A stretch of DNA of 64,000 nucleotides from Eledone cirrhosa (Eukaryota), in NCBI GenBank assembly GCA_964016885.1, contig OZ024762.1:2604001-2668000 (forward strand). Direction: 5' to 3'. Positions 63,308 to 64,000 of this stretch are shown piece after piece. The notes below the pieces were generated by a model. It did not search any database, was not told where the DNA came from, and saw only the letters and a program-made list of their open reading frames with translations. Every line of letters starts with the position of its first letter. Within the stretch, counting starts at the first letter, position 1. The translations under genes were made by a program, and so were the position numbers.

Positions 63308-63805
63308 ATCACCACCATTACAACCACCATCAGCACTACCATCATCATCAGCACTACCATCATCATCATTACCATCATCATCACTATCATCACCATCAGT
63401 ACCTCCACCATCACCATCACTACCATCATCAGCACTACCATCATCATCATTACCATCATCATCACCATCATCACCATCAGTACCTCCACCATCACCATCA
63501 CTACCATCATCAGCACTACCATCATCATCATTACCATCATCATCACCATCATCACCATCAGTACCTCCACCATCACCATCACTACCACCATCAGCACTAC
63601 CATCATCATCATTACCATCATCATCACCATCAGTACCTCCACCATCACCATCACTACCATCATCAGCACTACCATCATCATCACCATCATCACCACCATC
63701 ACCATCACTACCTCCACCATCTTCATCACTACCATCATCATCACCATCATTACCTCCACCACCATTATCCTCATTACTTCTACCACCATCATCATCATCA
63801 TCGTA
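63308..63805. repeat. (CAT/CAC)n low-complexity repeat with 81-bp higher-order period
   Basis: CAGCACTACC at 63430, 63511, 63592. Confidence 0.9.
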
Positions 63806-64000
63806 ATCATGCTCACTAATGAGTAGGCAGCATTACGTGGGGTAGGAGAGTGGGGAGGTCCTTTATCACTAACCCTTACCTACACTTTATCCCCCCCCCT
63901 CCTTAACCTTCAACTACCTCTGCAGTTTTACAAGCTCCCCTCCCTCTCCTGACTCCACCCCATCAACCCCCACCCCACCGACCCCCAGCCCAACGACCCC

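Overview
Repeat-rich animal genomic DNA. The extreme microsatellite load and the SINE types suggest an octopod cephalopod (inference). Two spliced + strand genes are supported. (1) Eight coding exons (13455-23043) of a LEXM/CIMAP2 (C1orf177)-like Pro-Gly-repeat ciliary protein, whose N-terminal exon(s) appear to lie upstream of the window. (2) A three-exon DUF229-family (alkaline-phosphatase/sulfatase superfamily) type II membrane protein (37909-44009) with a ~500-aa basic low-complexity insert. The first 12.4 kb is a 14/18-bp satellite with nested higher-order periods (360, 2318, 7055 bp). It is built from an 11-bp palindrome ACAAA(C/G)TTTGT whose longer spacer creates TAG|GTAAGA, and it probably lies in a LEXM intron on the sense strand. 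The rest is microsatellites, minisatellites, tRNA-derived SINEs, LINE fragments (CRE-, R4/Dong-, CR1-, RTE-like), a mariner HTH fragment, MITEs (hAT-, piggyBac-, Tc1-like) and local duplications. There are also several Penelope-type minimal hammerhead ribozyme motifs: one intact and sense within a LEXM intron, others degenerate. Almost all long ORFs in the supplied track are repeat artefacts. All family assignments are from recalled motifs, not database searches.
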